Shown piece by piece: positions 41,727-51,450 of a DNA stretch of 64,000 nucleotides (positions are counted from its first letter, which is position 1; every line of letters begins with the position of its first letter). A program made the position numbers and the translations under genes. The stretch covers positions 1 through 64,000 of the forward strand of contig JBHJHA010000017.1 of NCBI GenBank assembly GCA_050331235.1, read 5' to 3'. A model generated the notes under the pieces. It saw only the letters and a list, made by a program, of their open reading frames with translations. It did no database searches and was not told where the DNA came from. The DNA comes from Leptolyngbyaceae cyanobacterium. GTDB taxonomy: Bacteria; Cyanobacteriota; Cyanobacteriia; Phormidesmidales; Phormidesmidaceae.

Positions 41727-43853
41727 ATGAGTCATTGGGTCCGTAGTCTGACCTGTTTCTATCCAGGGTTGCTTCGCCGCGGTCGCTGGATGGGGGTTGT
41801 GCTGACGGTCATGATCATTGGCTTACTCCAGGGGCTGCCGGGGCAGGCTGCCCCGGCGATTGACATTGCCCGGCCAACTTGGGATACGGGGTGGTTTCAG
41901 GCGGAGGTGTATCGACAGTTGCTCATCGAGCTGGGATATACCGTCAATGCCCCACAGACCCTTGGCAATGATGAGTTTTATCAGCAAGCCGCTGCGGGGG
42001 AAATGGACCTGTGGACTAGTGGTTGGTTTCCGCTACACGATCGCTATTTGCAGCAACCTCAGATTGGAGAAGCGGTCGAGGCGGTCGGATTTGAGGTGCC
42101 GGGCGGAGCGCTCCAGGGCTACCTGATTGATCGAGCCACCGCTGACCGATTCAATATTCAAACCCTGGCAGATTTGACCCAGCCAGAGGTCATCGCTGCG
42201 CTGGACCACAATGGCAATGGTCTGGCCGACCTAATTGGCTGTAATGAAGGCTGGGCTTGCGCTGACATCATTGACTATCACCTTCAAGAATATGGACTGA
42301 GAGGAGCGGTCGAGCACATTCAAGGGGCCTACGCACCCTTGATGGAAGAGGTGGTGGCCCGGCAGCGGCGAGGTGAGTCAGTGCTGTTCTACACCTGGAC
42401 GCCGAACTGGACGGTCAACGAACTGATGCCCGCCCAAGAGGTGGTCTGGTTAGAGGTCCCATATCCGAGCCTGCCCGCAGGACAGAAGCAACTGGAAAGT
42501 GAGACGGTCATTACGGGTATGGTCGGTTGTGTCGCCGATCCCTGTGCCCTTGGTTTTCCGCGGAATGATATCCGAGCTGTGGCAAATACGGCCTTTTTAG
42601 ATGCCAACCCGGCGGTGCGATCGCTCTTGGAAAACGTTACTTTACCGTTAGAGGACATCGCTGCCCAAAACGCGCTTATGTTACGGGGGGAAGGCGATGA
42701 AGCTGATATTCAGCGCCATGCCCAGGCTTGGCTCAGTGCCAATCGCGAGGTCGTCGATGAGTGGCTGACCCAGGCCCAAGCCGCTGGTAGCATCCCGCCG
42801 ATCCCCGCCGACTTTGCCACCTCAGAGACTGCTCAGCCAATCCTCAGTACCACGCCGCTGCGGGTTGTCACCCAGCGGTTTGAACCCTTTGTGATTTATG
42901 AAAACCAGCAGTATCAGGGATTTAGCCTGGACCTCTGGGATGCGATCGCCCAAGAACTGGACCTGTCGTATGATTTAGTCGGGGTCAACTCCGTCGCCAA
43001 ACTCCTGGATGAAGTCGAGCGGGGCGCGGCTGATGTAGCCATCGCGGGCATTAGTATTACTTCCCAACGCGAGGCGACCCTCGATTTTTCTTATCCTTAC
43101 TATGAGTCGGGCCTGCAGGTGCTAGTGCCCAATGAAGCCAGCGAAGTGAGCAAGCTGATTACCGTGGTTTTAGCAGTCTTGAGATCGCCCCGGTTGTACT
43201 ACGGCATCGGCATTCTAATTCTCATTCTGCTGATTGTGGCCCATCTGCTGTGGTTTTCTGAGCGTAATCACAACAGTCAGTTTCCTGATGACTATTGGCA
43301 TGGTATTTGGGAAGCCTTTTGGTGGGCCGCCGTGACCGTGACCACTGTCGGCTATGGCGACAAGGTTCCCCAACGATTTGCTGGTCGATTTTTCGGTCTG
43401 TTGTGGATGTTTTCCGGATACTTTGTGTTCGCCTATTTCACTGCTAGCATTGCCACTACCTTTACCGTCCAGGAACTGCAGGGCGTGATTAATGGCCTTG
43501 AAGATCTACCCGGCAAGCGCATCGCTACGGTTACCCAGAGTGCGGCAGCGGAGTTCCTCGACGAACAGACCAATCTGCTATATCAGGACTATGACACTTT
43601 GGGCGATTTATACGCTGCGGTGATTGATGAAGAAGCGATCGATGCGGTGGTATATGATGCGCCTGTACTTCAATACTTTGTTTCCCATCAGGGGCAAGGC
43701 CAGTACAAAGTGGTGGGGGAAGTGTTTCAAACCCTGAACTATGGCATTGCCTTTGAGCAAGAAAGCCCTTATCGGGAATCTATCAATGCAACTCTGCTTA
43801 AACTCTATGAAACTGGGCGATACGACGAAATTTACGAGGATTGGTTTGGCTGA
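41727..43853 (+). CDS. Fusion protein: signal peptide + ProX-type glycine-betaine-binding domain + GluR0-like ligand-gated K+ channel
   Basis: ProX motifs 'GWFPLH', 'GCNEGWAC', 'YTWTPNW'; S1 'ISITSQRE..LDFS.PYY'; M1; pore 'WWAAVTVTTVGYGD' (filter 43344-43361); M2 'YFTASIA'; S2 'VVYDAP', 'YGIAF'. Start uncertain (41664-41790). Confidence 0.9.
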   Translation: MSHWVRSLTCFYPGLLRRGRWMGVVLTVMIIGLLQGLPGQAAPAIDIARPTWDTGWFQAEVYRQLLIELGYTVNAPQTLGNDEFYQQAAAGEMDLWTSGWFPLHDRYLQQPQIGEAVEAVGFEVPGGALQGYLIDRATADRFNIQTLADLTQPEVIAALDHNGNGLADLIGCNEGWACADIIDYHLQEYGLRGAVEHIQGAYAPLMEEVVARQRRGESVLFYTWTPNWTVNELMPAQEVVWLEVPYPSLPAGQKQLESETVITGMVGCVADPCALGFPRNDIRAVANTAFLDANPAVRSLLENVTLPLEDIAAQNALMLRGEGDEADIQRHAQAWLSANREVVDEWLTQAQAAGSIPPIPADFATSETAQPILSTTPLRVVTQRFEPFVIYENQQYQGFSLDLWDAIAQELDLSYDLVGVNSVAKLLDEVERGAADVAIAGISITSQREATLDFSYPYYESGLQVLVPNEASEVSKLITVVLAVLRSPRLYYGIGILILILLIVAHLLWFSERNHNSQFPDDYWHGIWEAFWWAAVTVTTVGYGDKVPQRFAGRFFGLLWMFSGYFVFAYFTASIATTFTVQELQGVINGLEDLPGKRIATVTQSAAAEFLDEQTNLLYQDYDTLGDLYAAVIDEEAIDAVVYDAPVLQYFVSHQGQGQYKVVGEVFQTLNYGIAFEQESPYRESINATLLKLYETGRYDEIYEDWFG

Positions 43854-44139
43854 GCATTAAGTTAAAACATTCGCGTAAATTATTGGCTCCCATCGTCATG
43901 TCGTCACTGTCTACTGGGGCCCTGGCTGAGTAGAAGCTGTCAAGCAGGACTGATAGATATCAACCGATTACAGGCAGCGTAAAGAATCTTGGTGAGTTGG
44001 GTCACAGGTCGGTGACTAGTCGGCCAGATAATCGTTACTATTTTGGGCAGGTCTATTTTTTGTCACGCTAGCAAAGACGGTAATCAATCGACGCTAGCGC
44101 GGTGATCAATAACCCATCAGTCCAATCAGGAAATCTAGT

Positions 44140-44580
44140 GTGAATCACACATTTTTAATTGAGCCTGGACGCTGGATGCTTCACGGCAATTGGTTAGAGC
44201 GCGATCGCCCTCCCTTGGCACTGCGAGGCGGCATTTTGATTGCCTGGGGACGAGATAATTGGTTCACGATGGTTATGAAATTAACTTTTCCCAATGATGA
44301 CCATCAGGAGATTGCGCTCCAATATAAAGGTCGCCTCGCCATGGGTGAGCGGCAGTACACATTTGTGCTGCAGCATAGTGACCTCGGTCGCGTCGAAGGT
44401 GAAGGTTGGGTCGCTCCAGCTTCTGTGGTGCAAAGATACTGGTGCTTGGGCGATCGCCAACGTCGTACCGGATTTGAGACGCTGTACCAAATCGACGAGC
44501 AACACTACCATCTCTCCAGCGGCATTATGGCTGGGCACTATCTCACTACCGCGATCGAAGCCAACCTAGAACGCCAGTGA
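44140..44580 (+). CDS. Conserved-looking cyanobacterial hypothetical protein upstream of spkA
   Basis: 146-aa ORF with 'HTFL.EPGRW', 'LG.VEGEGW', 'RR.GFET'. Confidence 0.75.
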   Translation: MNHTFLIEPGRWMLHGNWLERDRPPLALRGGILIAWGRDNWFTMVMKLTFPNDDHQEIALQYKGRLAMGERQYTFVLQHSDLGRVEGEGWVAPASVVQRYWCLGDRQRRTGFETLYQIDEQHYHLSSGIMAGHYLTTAIEANLERQ

Positions 44581-44976
44581 TCGATAGCAATCCCCAACCC
44601 TTGGGTACTTTGAAGCTACTACACACCTTTTATAGGTGAACTCAGAAGCTGATCGCTGGCGGCTCACGTACCATGAGCCGAGCACCGTCCATCGGCGCCA
44701 GCCAGAGCGCGATTACCAAGACAACAGTGCGCTGCACTCAAAATTCATCAGGGTCGCTCAACCATCTCAAAATGGGACGTTTAGAATACGAAGAAGGCGC
44801 TAGTTAAAACCGTAAAATGCAGACCGAAGCGCGGCTTCAGCTCGCGCCTGTGTGATGAATTAAGCTTTGTTCGTTGATTAGACCTCCAGTCTCTAACAAG
44901 GTGAATGTGGTTGAGTAAGACAATCACATCGCTCCAACAGCCTCAGCGAATATAAGATAGGCCCGCACCTTGACCT

Positions 44977-46530
44977 ATGCCAGACCCTAACATCGGCCAG
45001 AAACTTGCAGACCGCTACGAGCTCATGGAGCTGGTGGGGCAGGGCGCTATGGGAAAGGTGTATCGCGCTGAAGATACCTTGCTGGGTGGGGTGATCGTAG
45101 CCGTCAAGTTTTTATCGCAAACGCTGCTGACGGGCAAAATGCGCGATCGCTTTGTCCAAGAGGCGACAACCTGCGCCCAACTAGGGCAAAACAGTATCCA
45201 TGTTGTCCGCGTGACTGACTATGGCGTCAGTCAAGATGACGTGCCGTTTTACGTGATGGAATACTTGCAAGGCGAAAGCTTGAGCATTCTCATCGGCCAC
45301 AAAAGCCTTCCCATTCCCCGCTTTTTGGGCATTATCCGCCAGGTTTGTTTAGGGCTCAAGTCTGCCCACGATGGTATTCGGGTTCGTGGCTATCCTCAAC
45401 CCGTGCCGATTATCCACCGTGATATCAAACCCAGCAACATCTTAGTCACCCAAGATGCCACACTAGGTGAGTTAGTTAAAATCCTCGACTTTGGCATTGC
45501 AAAGTTGATGCAGGCCGATAGCGAACAAACCAATTCCTTTATGGGGACGCTGGCCTACGCTTCGCCAGAGCAAATGGAGGGCAAGGAACTTGACAACCGA
45601 TCCGACATTTATAGCTTAGGCATTTTGATGTATCAGATGCTGACGGGGCAATTGCCCCTGAGGGCCGCCAGCCATTCTTTTGGCGGGTGGTACAAAGTTC
45701 ACCACACGGAGCAGCCTCGACCGCTGTCAGAACTGCTGCCCGACACCAACATACCTGCTGTGCTTGAAAAGCTCGTGATGGGTTGCCTGGCCAAGCAGCC
45801 AGAAAACCGCCCTCAAAATATTGTCGAAATTCTCAAAGCCTTAGATCCCCTAGAGCAGCGTTATGGTGGTGGCATCCGCATTGGGCAGCGAATCGGAGCG
45901 ACCCTTTCTCGCGTGCCCATTGTTTCTAGCCCGCAAAAACAGCTGGCCAATAGTGGTCAGCCAGAGTTGCTGACTCCGACAGAACGAGATATCTGTCAAA
46001 CTGCAACCTGGCCAGCCAATAAACCGATCGCTGAGATTGTATTCCCGCAGTTACTCTCATCCTCTAAAGGAACGCTGCCGACCCTATGGGTCATGCTCCC
46101 CCCTGCGGAAATTATTAAACGGTTGCGAGGCACCCGCTACAACACCTTTATTTGCACAATGTCTCCCCACCCGATGGCCCTGTGGCTGACGGTGTTGTAC
46201 AGCCCCAAGCACGGACCGCGATGGCTGCCCTGCTACCTCGATATCAAATCTCACGCGGGCCAGGAAATCACCTTTCATCTAGGGCAATCTGGTGAGTACA
46301 AAGTTCTCTTCTTTTCGACTGAGGAGCCTCAGAAATGCGCCCACGTGGTGACCTGTACGATCGCTGAACCTCAGCAGCATATGCTGCAGCGTTGGGTGAT
46401 GTCAGCCCGAGCCCAGCACTCAGTTGCTGATCCTAGCTTTAGCAAAAAGATGCTCAAAGATGAGCTCAATAATCACATGAAAGAGAAAATCTTACAGCAG
46501 CTAGAAGCGATATATCCCGACAACGATTGA
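44977..46530 (+). CDS. spkA: Hanks-type Ser/Thr protein kinase, SpkA-like
   Basis: 'GQGAMGKVY', 'LLGGV.VAVKFLSQ', 'HRDIKPSN', 'DFGIAK', 'FGGWY..HH'; C-terminal domain 'WP..KP..EIVFP', 'PHPM.LW' resembles Synechocystis SpkA. Confidence 0.85.
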   Translation: MPDPNIGQKLADRYELMELVGQGAMGKVYRAEDTLLGGVIVAVKFLSQTLLTGKMRDRFVQEATTCAQLGQNSIHVVRVTDYGVSQDDVPFYVMEYLQGESLSILIGHKSLPIPRFLGIIRQVCLGLKSAHDGIRVRGYPQPVPIIHRDIKPSNILVTQDATLGELVKILDFGIAKLMQADSEQTNSFMGTLAYASPEQMEGKELDNRSDIYSLGILMYQMLTGQLPLRAASHSFGGWYKVHHTEQPRPLSELLPDTNIPAVLEKLVMGCLAKQPENRPQNIVEILKALDPLEQRYGGGIRIGQRIGATLSRVPIVSSPQKQLANSGQPELLTPTERDICQTATWPANKPIAEIVFPQLLSSSKGTLPTLWVMLPPAEIIKRLRGTRYNTFICTMSPHPMALWLTVLYSPKHGPRWLPCYLDIKSHAGQEITFHLGQSGEYKVLFFSTEEPQKCAHVVTCTIAEPQQHMLQRWVMSARAQHSVADPSFSKKMLKDELNNHMKEKILQQLEAIYPDND

Positions 46531-46570
46531 TCTGGCCATCCTGTTGTGCTTAGGCCTGGACAGCGATGCC

Positions 46571-46996
46571 CTACCCAGGTATCTGGCCCAAGGAGACGTT
46601 GTCCGCAGCACTGTGCAAATTGTATCTGTCTTGTCTTTGCAAGTCTGGAGAAGTCATGGCCAAGTGCTGCTCTAGCAGAGCTAGATTACGCACATTTGAC
46701 TTAAAGAAAGCGTCAAAAACGTCACCCAGTAGTGGCACCGTACCTACGAGAAACTCTAAGCCAATGTTGAAGATCATTTTGCCCAACTTGCCTTTAGGCA
46801 GATCGAACTGCGTGGCCAAAAAGATGATATAGGCAGAGGTCGCTGCTGTCACCAAATCGCCGATGCCCGGTATCAATCCCACAATTGGGTCAAGACCCAC
46901 CTTTAAACCCAGACCAGGTATTTTAAAAGCGGTGTCCATCAGGCGGGTGAGACGGCGGATACGGCTGAGCTGTCTGATTTTGGATTGAGTATTCAT
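46571..46996 (-). CDS. DUF4112 family membrane protein
   Basis: 'LMD.AF.IPG...GLDPI.GLIPG.GD' and 'G.VP..GD.FD..FKSN.RN'. Confidence 0.9.
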   Translation of the reverse strand: MNTQSKIRQLSRIRRLTRLMDTAFKIPGLGLKVGLDPIVGLIPGIGDLVTAATSAYIIFLATQFDLPKGKLGKMIFNIGLEFLVGTVPLLGDVFDAFFKSNVRNLALLEQHLAMTSPDLQRQDRYNLHSAADNVSLGQIPG

Positions 46997-47152
46997 GCCC
47001 AAATTTTGCCGGAACCTGTGGCTCAAATCTTCTGGCCGAAGGGAGACATCACGCGGTGGTGGGGTCTCTCCGCAGGCTTATTAAGACTTGCCCTGGAGGC
47101 TTAATAAACCTGCAGCCGGTATGACTAGCGAGTCTGAGGGCAAGCTGAGCAA

Positions 47153-48211
47153 TTAATTAGCGAGTTTTTGGGCTCGCAGTTGTCCACAAGCCGCGTCTTT
47201 TTCGAGCCCTCGGGAGTAACGAACACTGACCGCTACGTGACGCTTTTTGAGCTCGTCGACAAACCCCTGGATTTGGCGATCGCTCGGTCGCTGGTAGTCC
47301 ACCTCGTTGATGGGATTGTAAGGAATCAAATTGACGTGGCTCTGAAAGCCCCCTACCATTTCGGCTAGTTCAGAGGCATGGTGGGGCAAATCATTCAGTC
47401 CAGATAGCAAAATGTATTCAAACGTGATCCGTCGTCCGGTCAGGTAAACGTATTCGTAACATTCGGCGATCAATTGCTCGAAGGGATACTTGCGGGCACT
47501 GGGAATCAAGGTTTCTCTGAGCTTCTGGTTAGAAGCGTGGAGACTGACTGCCAAGGTGATTTGTAATTGTTCCTGGGCGAGGCGACGAATTTGACCCGGA
47601 ATGCCTACGGTAGACACGGTGATCGATCGCTGCCCAATGCCGATATCTTGGTTGAGCGATCGTACCGCTTTAATCACATTGGCCGCGTTAAGCAGAGGCT
47701 CACCCATGCCCATAAACACAATATTGCTGACCCGTTGGTCAAAGTCCTCTTGCACAGTGAGGACCTGATCCACAATCTCGTGGGTTTCCAGATTGCGTAA
47801 AAAGCCGCCCTTGCCGGTCGCACAAAAGTCACAGGCCATGGGACATCCAACTTGGGACGAGACGCAGACGGTGAGGCGTTTGCCGCTGGGAATGCCGACA
47901 GCTTCAATAATGCTGCCGTCAGTGAGCTTGAGTAGATATTTAATCGTGCCGTCTGGGGCACCTGACCGAAAATGGAGGTGCGATCGCCCCACCGGCACCG
48001 CCGCGATCGCCGCTCGCCAGGCCTTAGAAAACACTGTGATATCTGCTAGGCTCCGAGCATACTTGCCATAGATCCACTGATGTAGCTGCTTGCCACGATA
48101 GGCTGGCTGACCGTGCGTCTGGACCCAATCGGTTAACTCGTCAAGGGATTGCCCCAGAAGGGGCTTCGCGGTGGATCGTTCAGCAGTAGTGGGAGAGGCA
48201 GAAGCTGGCAT
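47153..48211 (-). CDS. rlmN: 23S rRNA m2A2503 radical-SAM methyltransferase
   Basis: '[18 protein letters not shown]', 'FMGMGEP', 'NLIPYN', 'AACGQL'. Start could be 48241. Confidence 0.96.
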   Translation of the reverse strand: MPASASPTTAERSTAKPLLGQSLDELTDWVQTHGQPAYRGKQLHQWIYGKYARSLADITVFSKAWRAAIAAVPVGRSHLHFRSGAPDGTIKYLLKLTDGSIIEAVGIPSGKRLTVCVSSQVGCPMACDFCATGKGGFLRNLETHEIVDQVLTVQEDFDQRVSNIVFMGMGEPLLNAANVIKAVRSLNQDIGIGQRSITVSTVGIPGQIRRLAQEQLQITLAVSLHASNQKLRETLIPSARKYPFEQLIAECYEYVYLTGRRITFEYILLSGLNDLPHHASELAEMVGGFQSHVNLIPYNPINEVDYQRPSDRQIQGFVDELKKRHVAVSVRYSRGLEKDAACGQLRAQKLAN

Positions 48212-48350
48212 ATTGCTGACCCTTTGGCATGGCTTATCCATCCTAATACTTGCTCCGCCAAACCGTGAGCCAACCTCAAAGGGAGCGAATCAGCAGCCCT
48301 GCCAGCCTTAGAGTGGGATGCCAGCGCAACTAGCTCAAAGCATCCTCGGG

Positions 48351-49727
48351 TCAGAATGAGAGTTGCTCGCCCCGGATAGACTTATCCAACAGCTCCATTG
48401 GATGCATGACGGGTAATGTATCACCGCGCTGCCGTAGATGCTGTTTGATTTGCAGGGCACAACCAGGGTTGGGGGAAGCAATCAGCTGTGCCCCAGTGTT
48501 TACTAGGTTCTGGGCTTTCATATCACCAAGTTCGCGAGCCACTTCCGGCTGCAGCATGTTGTAAACCCCAGCGCTGCCGCAACAGAGCGCAGCATCCACT
48601 GGCTCAAAGATTTGCACCTGGGGAATTTGTCGCAATACCTGGCGAGGCTGGACACTGATTTTTTGTCCGTGTAAGAGGTGGCAGGCATCTTGATAAACCA
48701 GAGGTAGGGGGCCTTCAGTGAGGGGATGAAGAGCTGCCGTCAGGCCGACTTCCGCTAAAAACTCCTGCACATCGCGAACGCTGGCAGAAAACGCCTGAGC
48801 GCGATCGCGATAGTCATCGTCATCTTGCAAAATATGGCCATATTCCTTCAACGTATGGCCGCATCCTGCCGCATTGATAATGACATAGTCGACATCAGTA
48901 TCGGCAAATGCGTCAATCATTTGCCGCGCCAGAGCCTGCGCTTGGGCGGCTTCGCCTTGGTGGGCTGGCAGGGCAGAGCAGCAGCCCTGGCTGGGGGGAA
49001 TGACTACTTCACACCCGTTGGCTGTTAATACGCGGGCAGTGGCCGCGTTCACCTCAGAGAAAAAGACGCGCTGGACACAGCCCAAAATCATGCCTACCCG
49101 AAACCGCTGCTGACCTTGGGCCGGAATGACGGCAGGAAGATTATCTCGAAAGGATTGAGCGGTTACCGGCGGCAGCAAAGATTCCATTGCGGCGAGGTTA
49201 GGGGCAAATCGCTGGAGTAACCCGGAGGTACGAACTAGTTTGGCCAGCCCTGAAAACTGGTAGAGACCCAGCGGTGTGAGTAACAACCGGATCCGATCAG
49301 GATAAGGAAACAACTGGAAAATGAGGCCGCGCAGCAGTTGCTCAGGTAGCGATCGCCTGTGATTGCGCTGGACCTGTGGCCGCACCGACGCAATGAGTTG
49401 GTCATATTGCACTCCCGAGGGGCATGATGTCGTGCAGGCTAGACAGCCCAAACAAGAATCAAAATGCTCAACTGCGGTTTCTGAAAAGGGGACTTCCCCT
49501 TGGTTGATGCCGTCCATCAGATAGATGCGACCACGGGGCGAGTCCATCTCAGTGCCCAAAACTCGGTAACTGGGGCAAGTGGTCAAACAAAATCCACAGT
49601 GTACACAGGCATCGATGAGCCCTTGCGCCGGTGGATGCTGCGGATCAAACCCCGTGGGCACCGTATTAGCAGGCGGTGCTTCGGGCGGCACATTGGACGA
49701 AGCGGTCGAAGAGTCTACCGAAGGCAT
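48351..49727 (-). CDS. glcF: Glycolate oxidase/dehydrogenase Fe-S subunit
   Basis: 'CVHCGFCL.TCPSY', 'DSPRGRI', 'CLGC.AC...CPSGV', two CCG domains. Start approximate. Confidence 0.9.
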   Translation of the reverse strand: MPSVDSSTASSNVPPEAPPANTVPTGFDPQHPPAQGLIDACVHCGFCLTTCPSYRVLGTEMDSPRGRIYLMDGINQGEVPFSETAVEHFDSCLGCLACTTSCPSGVQYDQLIASVRPQVQRNHRRSLPEQLLRGLIFQLFPYPDRIRLLLTPLGLYQFSGLAKLVRTSGLLQRFAPNLAAMESLLPPVTAQSFRDNLPAVIPAQGQQRFRVGMILGCVQRVFFSEVNAATARVLTANGCEVVIPPSQGCCSALPAHQGEAAQAQALARQMIDAFADTDVDYVIINAAGCGHTLKEYGHILQDDDDYRDRAQAFSASVRDVQEFLAEVGLTAALHPLTEGPLPLVYQDACHLLHGQKISVQPRQVLRQIPQVQIFEPVDAALCCGSAGVYNMLQPEVARELGDMKAQNLVNTGAQLIASPNPGCALQIKQHLRQRGDTLPVMHPMELLDKSIRGEQLSF

Positions 49728-49922
49728 GGAGGGCAAAGGGGTACGGTATGGCGTCTCCTCCAGCGTACCGCGTTGATTTTAGGTTCGTGGCGGCGTTTTT
49801 CTAACAATGACCCTAGAGAAACCTCAATCTGAGTGGATTGAGGCTCGGATGTCTGGCGCTCACCGGCATAACCGCTGGGTTGGGCTAAGGGACTATGCCT
49901 GTGAGCGCCAGTGAGGTCGCCC

Positions 49923-50351
49923 CTAGGCAGAGGGCGTAAAGGGAACGTCTTCCGCATGTCCCCAAAAGGCTTCTAGACCGTAGTAATCACGGGCTTCAGG
50001 CATAAAGACGTGGACAATCACTTCACCGTAGTCTTGCAATATCCAACTGATCTCTCCTTGACCTTCGGTGCGAATGGGATGGCGCTCAAACGCTACCGCG
50101 GCGACGTCACTGATGCTGCGAGCGATCGCCCGTACCTGAGCTGACGAAAATCCGGTGACGATCACAAAATAATCGGTGATGTAGGAAACATCAGTCACGT
50201 GTAGGATGCGGATATCGGAGCCCTTACGGTCATCCGCGGCTTGGGCCAAAGCCGTTGCAAAGGCAAGGGTTGCCTCATCTGCAGCGGCGGGGACGGACGA
50301 TGATTGATGGGTGGTTTGAAAAGGAGTTACAGCAGGATGTAAATCTGACAT
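49923..50351 (-). CDS. rsfS: Ribosome silencing factor (Iojap)
   Basis: 'DDRKG.DI', 'DYFVIVTG.S..QV.AI', 'WIL.DYG..IVHVF..EAR.YY.LE.FW'. Confidence 0.95.
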   Translation of the reverse strand: MSDLHPAVTPFQTTHQSSSVPAAADEATLAFATALAQAADDRKGSDIRILHVTDVSYITDYFVIVTGFSSAQVRAIARSISDVAAVAFERHPIRTEGQGEISWILQDYGEVIVHVFMPEARDYYGLEAFWGHAEDVPFTPSA

Positions 50352-50417
50352 ATGAAGGTAAATATCCTCAAATCAACAAAACGGTGAATTCATCCTCAAG
50401 ACAAGTAAAAAGGCAAG

Positions 50418-51038
50418 TCAGGCAACAGCATTCATGACGGATGATTGCCGCCGGGCTGACATAAACCTGTTATGGGTCAGGATAGTGCGCGGGTGGATAA
50501 GACGTTTGCTCTTCAACAGATGTTGTAAGGAAAAAACACAGGTCTCGTATACCGCGCCCCATAAATCAACATAGCTCAGCTGCCTGAGCTGCTGCAGTTG
50601 CGGATCTTCCCCCCGGCCCGGTTCGAGGGCGTCGGCTAAGTAAACGATCGCGCCCACCCCGTCTAAATCGGGACTGCCAGTGGTGTGTGCGGCGATCGCC
50701 CGCAAGACGACATCATTGCGTACTCCAAAGCGGTCCCGAGCGACGATCGCGCCCACCGGCGCATGCAGTAAGTGGGGCATGGCCTTTTCGACTGGATGCA
50801 GCTCCCAACCTTCGGCGGCAGCGACAGCTCGCAACTTGTCTGGAGAAAAGCATTTGGCCAGATCGTGCATCAGAGCAGCCTGCTGTGATGCAGCGATATC
50901 CACCGCATGGTGCTCGGCCAGCGCGATCGCCATATCCTCAACGCGCAAAATATGCTGTAAACGCGCCTCAGGCACAGCTGTTTGCAACCACTGTAGGACC
51001 TCTTGGCGCAGTGAAGGCGGCATAAAAGCTGGTTTCAT
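50418..51038 (-). CDS. yqeK: HD-family Ap4A symmetrical hydrolase
   Basis: 'RL.H..RV', 'HDLAK', 'LLHAPVGA', 'HTTG', 'YLAD..EP.R'; directly upstream of rsfS. Confidence 0.9.
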   Translation of the reverse strand: MKPAFMPPSLRQEVLQWLQTAVPEARLQHILRVEDMAIALAEHHAVDIAASQQAALMHDLAKCFSPDKLRAVAAAEGWELHPVEKAMPHLLHAPVGAIVARDRFGVRNDVVLRAIAAHTTGSPDLDGVGAIVYLADALEPGRGEDPQLQQLRQLSYVDLWGAVYETCVFSLQHLLKSKRLIHPRTILTHNRFMSARRQSSVMNAVA

Positions 51039-51450
51039 AAAAGGCAATAGTGTTTGAGTTTAAACAAACCAAGATTTTCAAGAAGTATATTCTTAATATT
51101 TTATCAAGCTGTATTGCGGGGCTTAAACTTGATTCATAAACGGCGCTCTTATAACTCGCCCATCTGTCTGGTAACAATCGTCGGCTAGTGACTAGAGGGC
51201 AGTGTCAATTGCCATGGCCGTAGAGAAACTGGGCGATCGCCAGATACTAGCCGCGGTTTCGGTACTGGGTACTGGGCCTCCATTCAGCCCTTCGCCGTGA
51301 CATTCAGGGCGGCAAGTCGAAGATGTCGATGCAAAATTATGCATTCTATTTGCCATTGCTCGCTACCATAATTGGCAAATCAGTCTGAGTCATTCAGCAT
51401 TTTCCGGCTGATGACATGTTAGCTGTCGTGGCATATCGAGGAAGCGGCCA

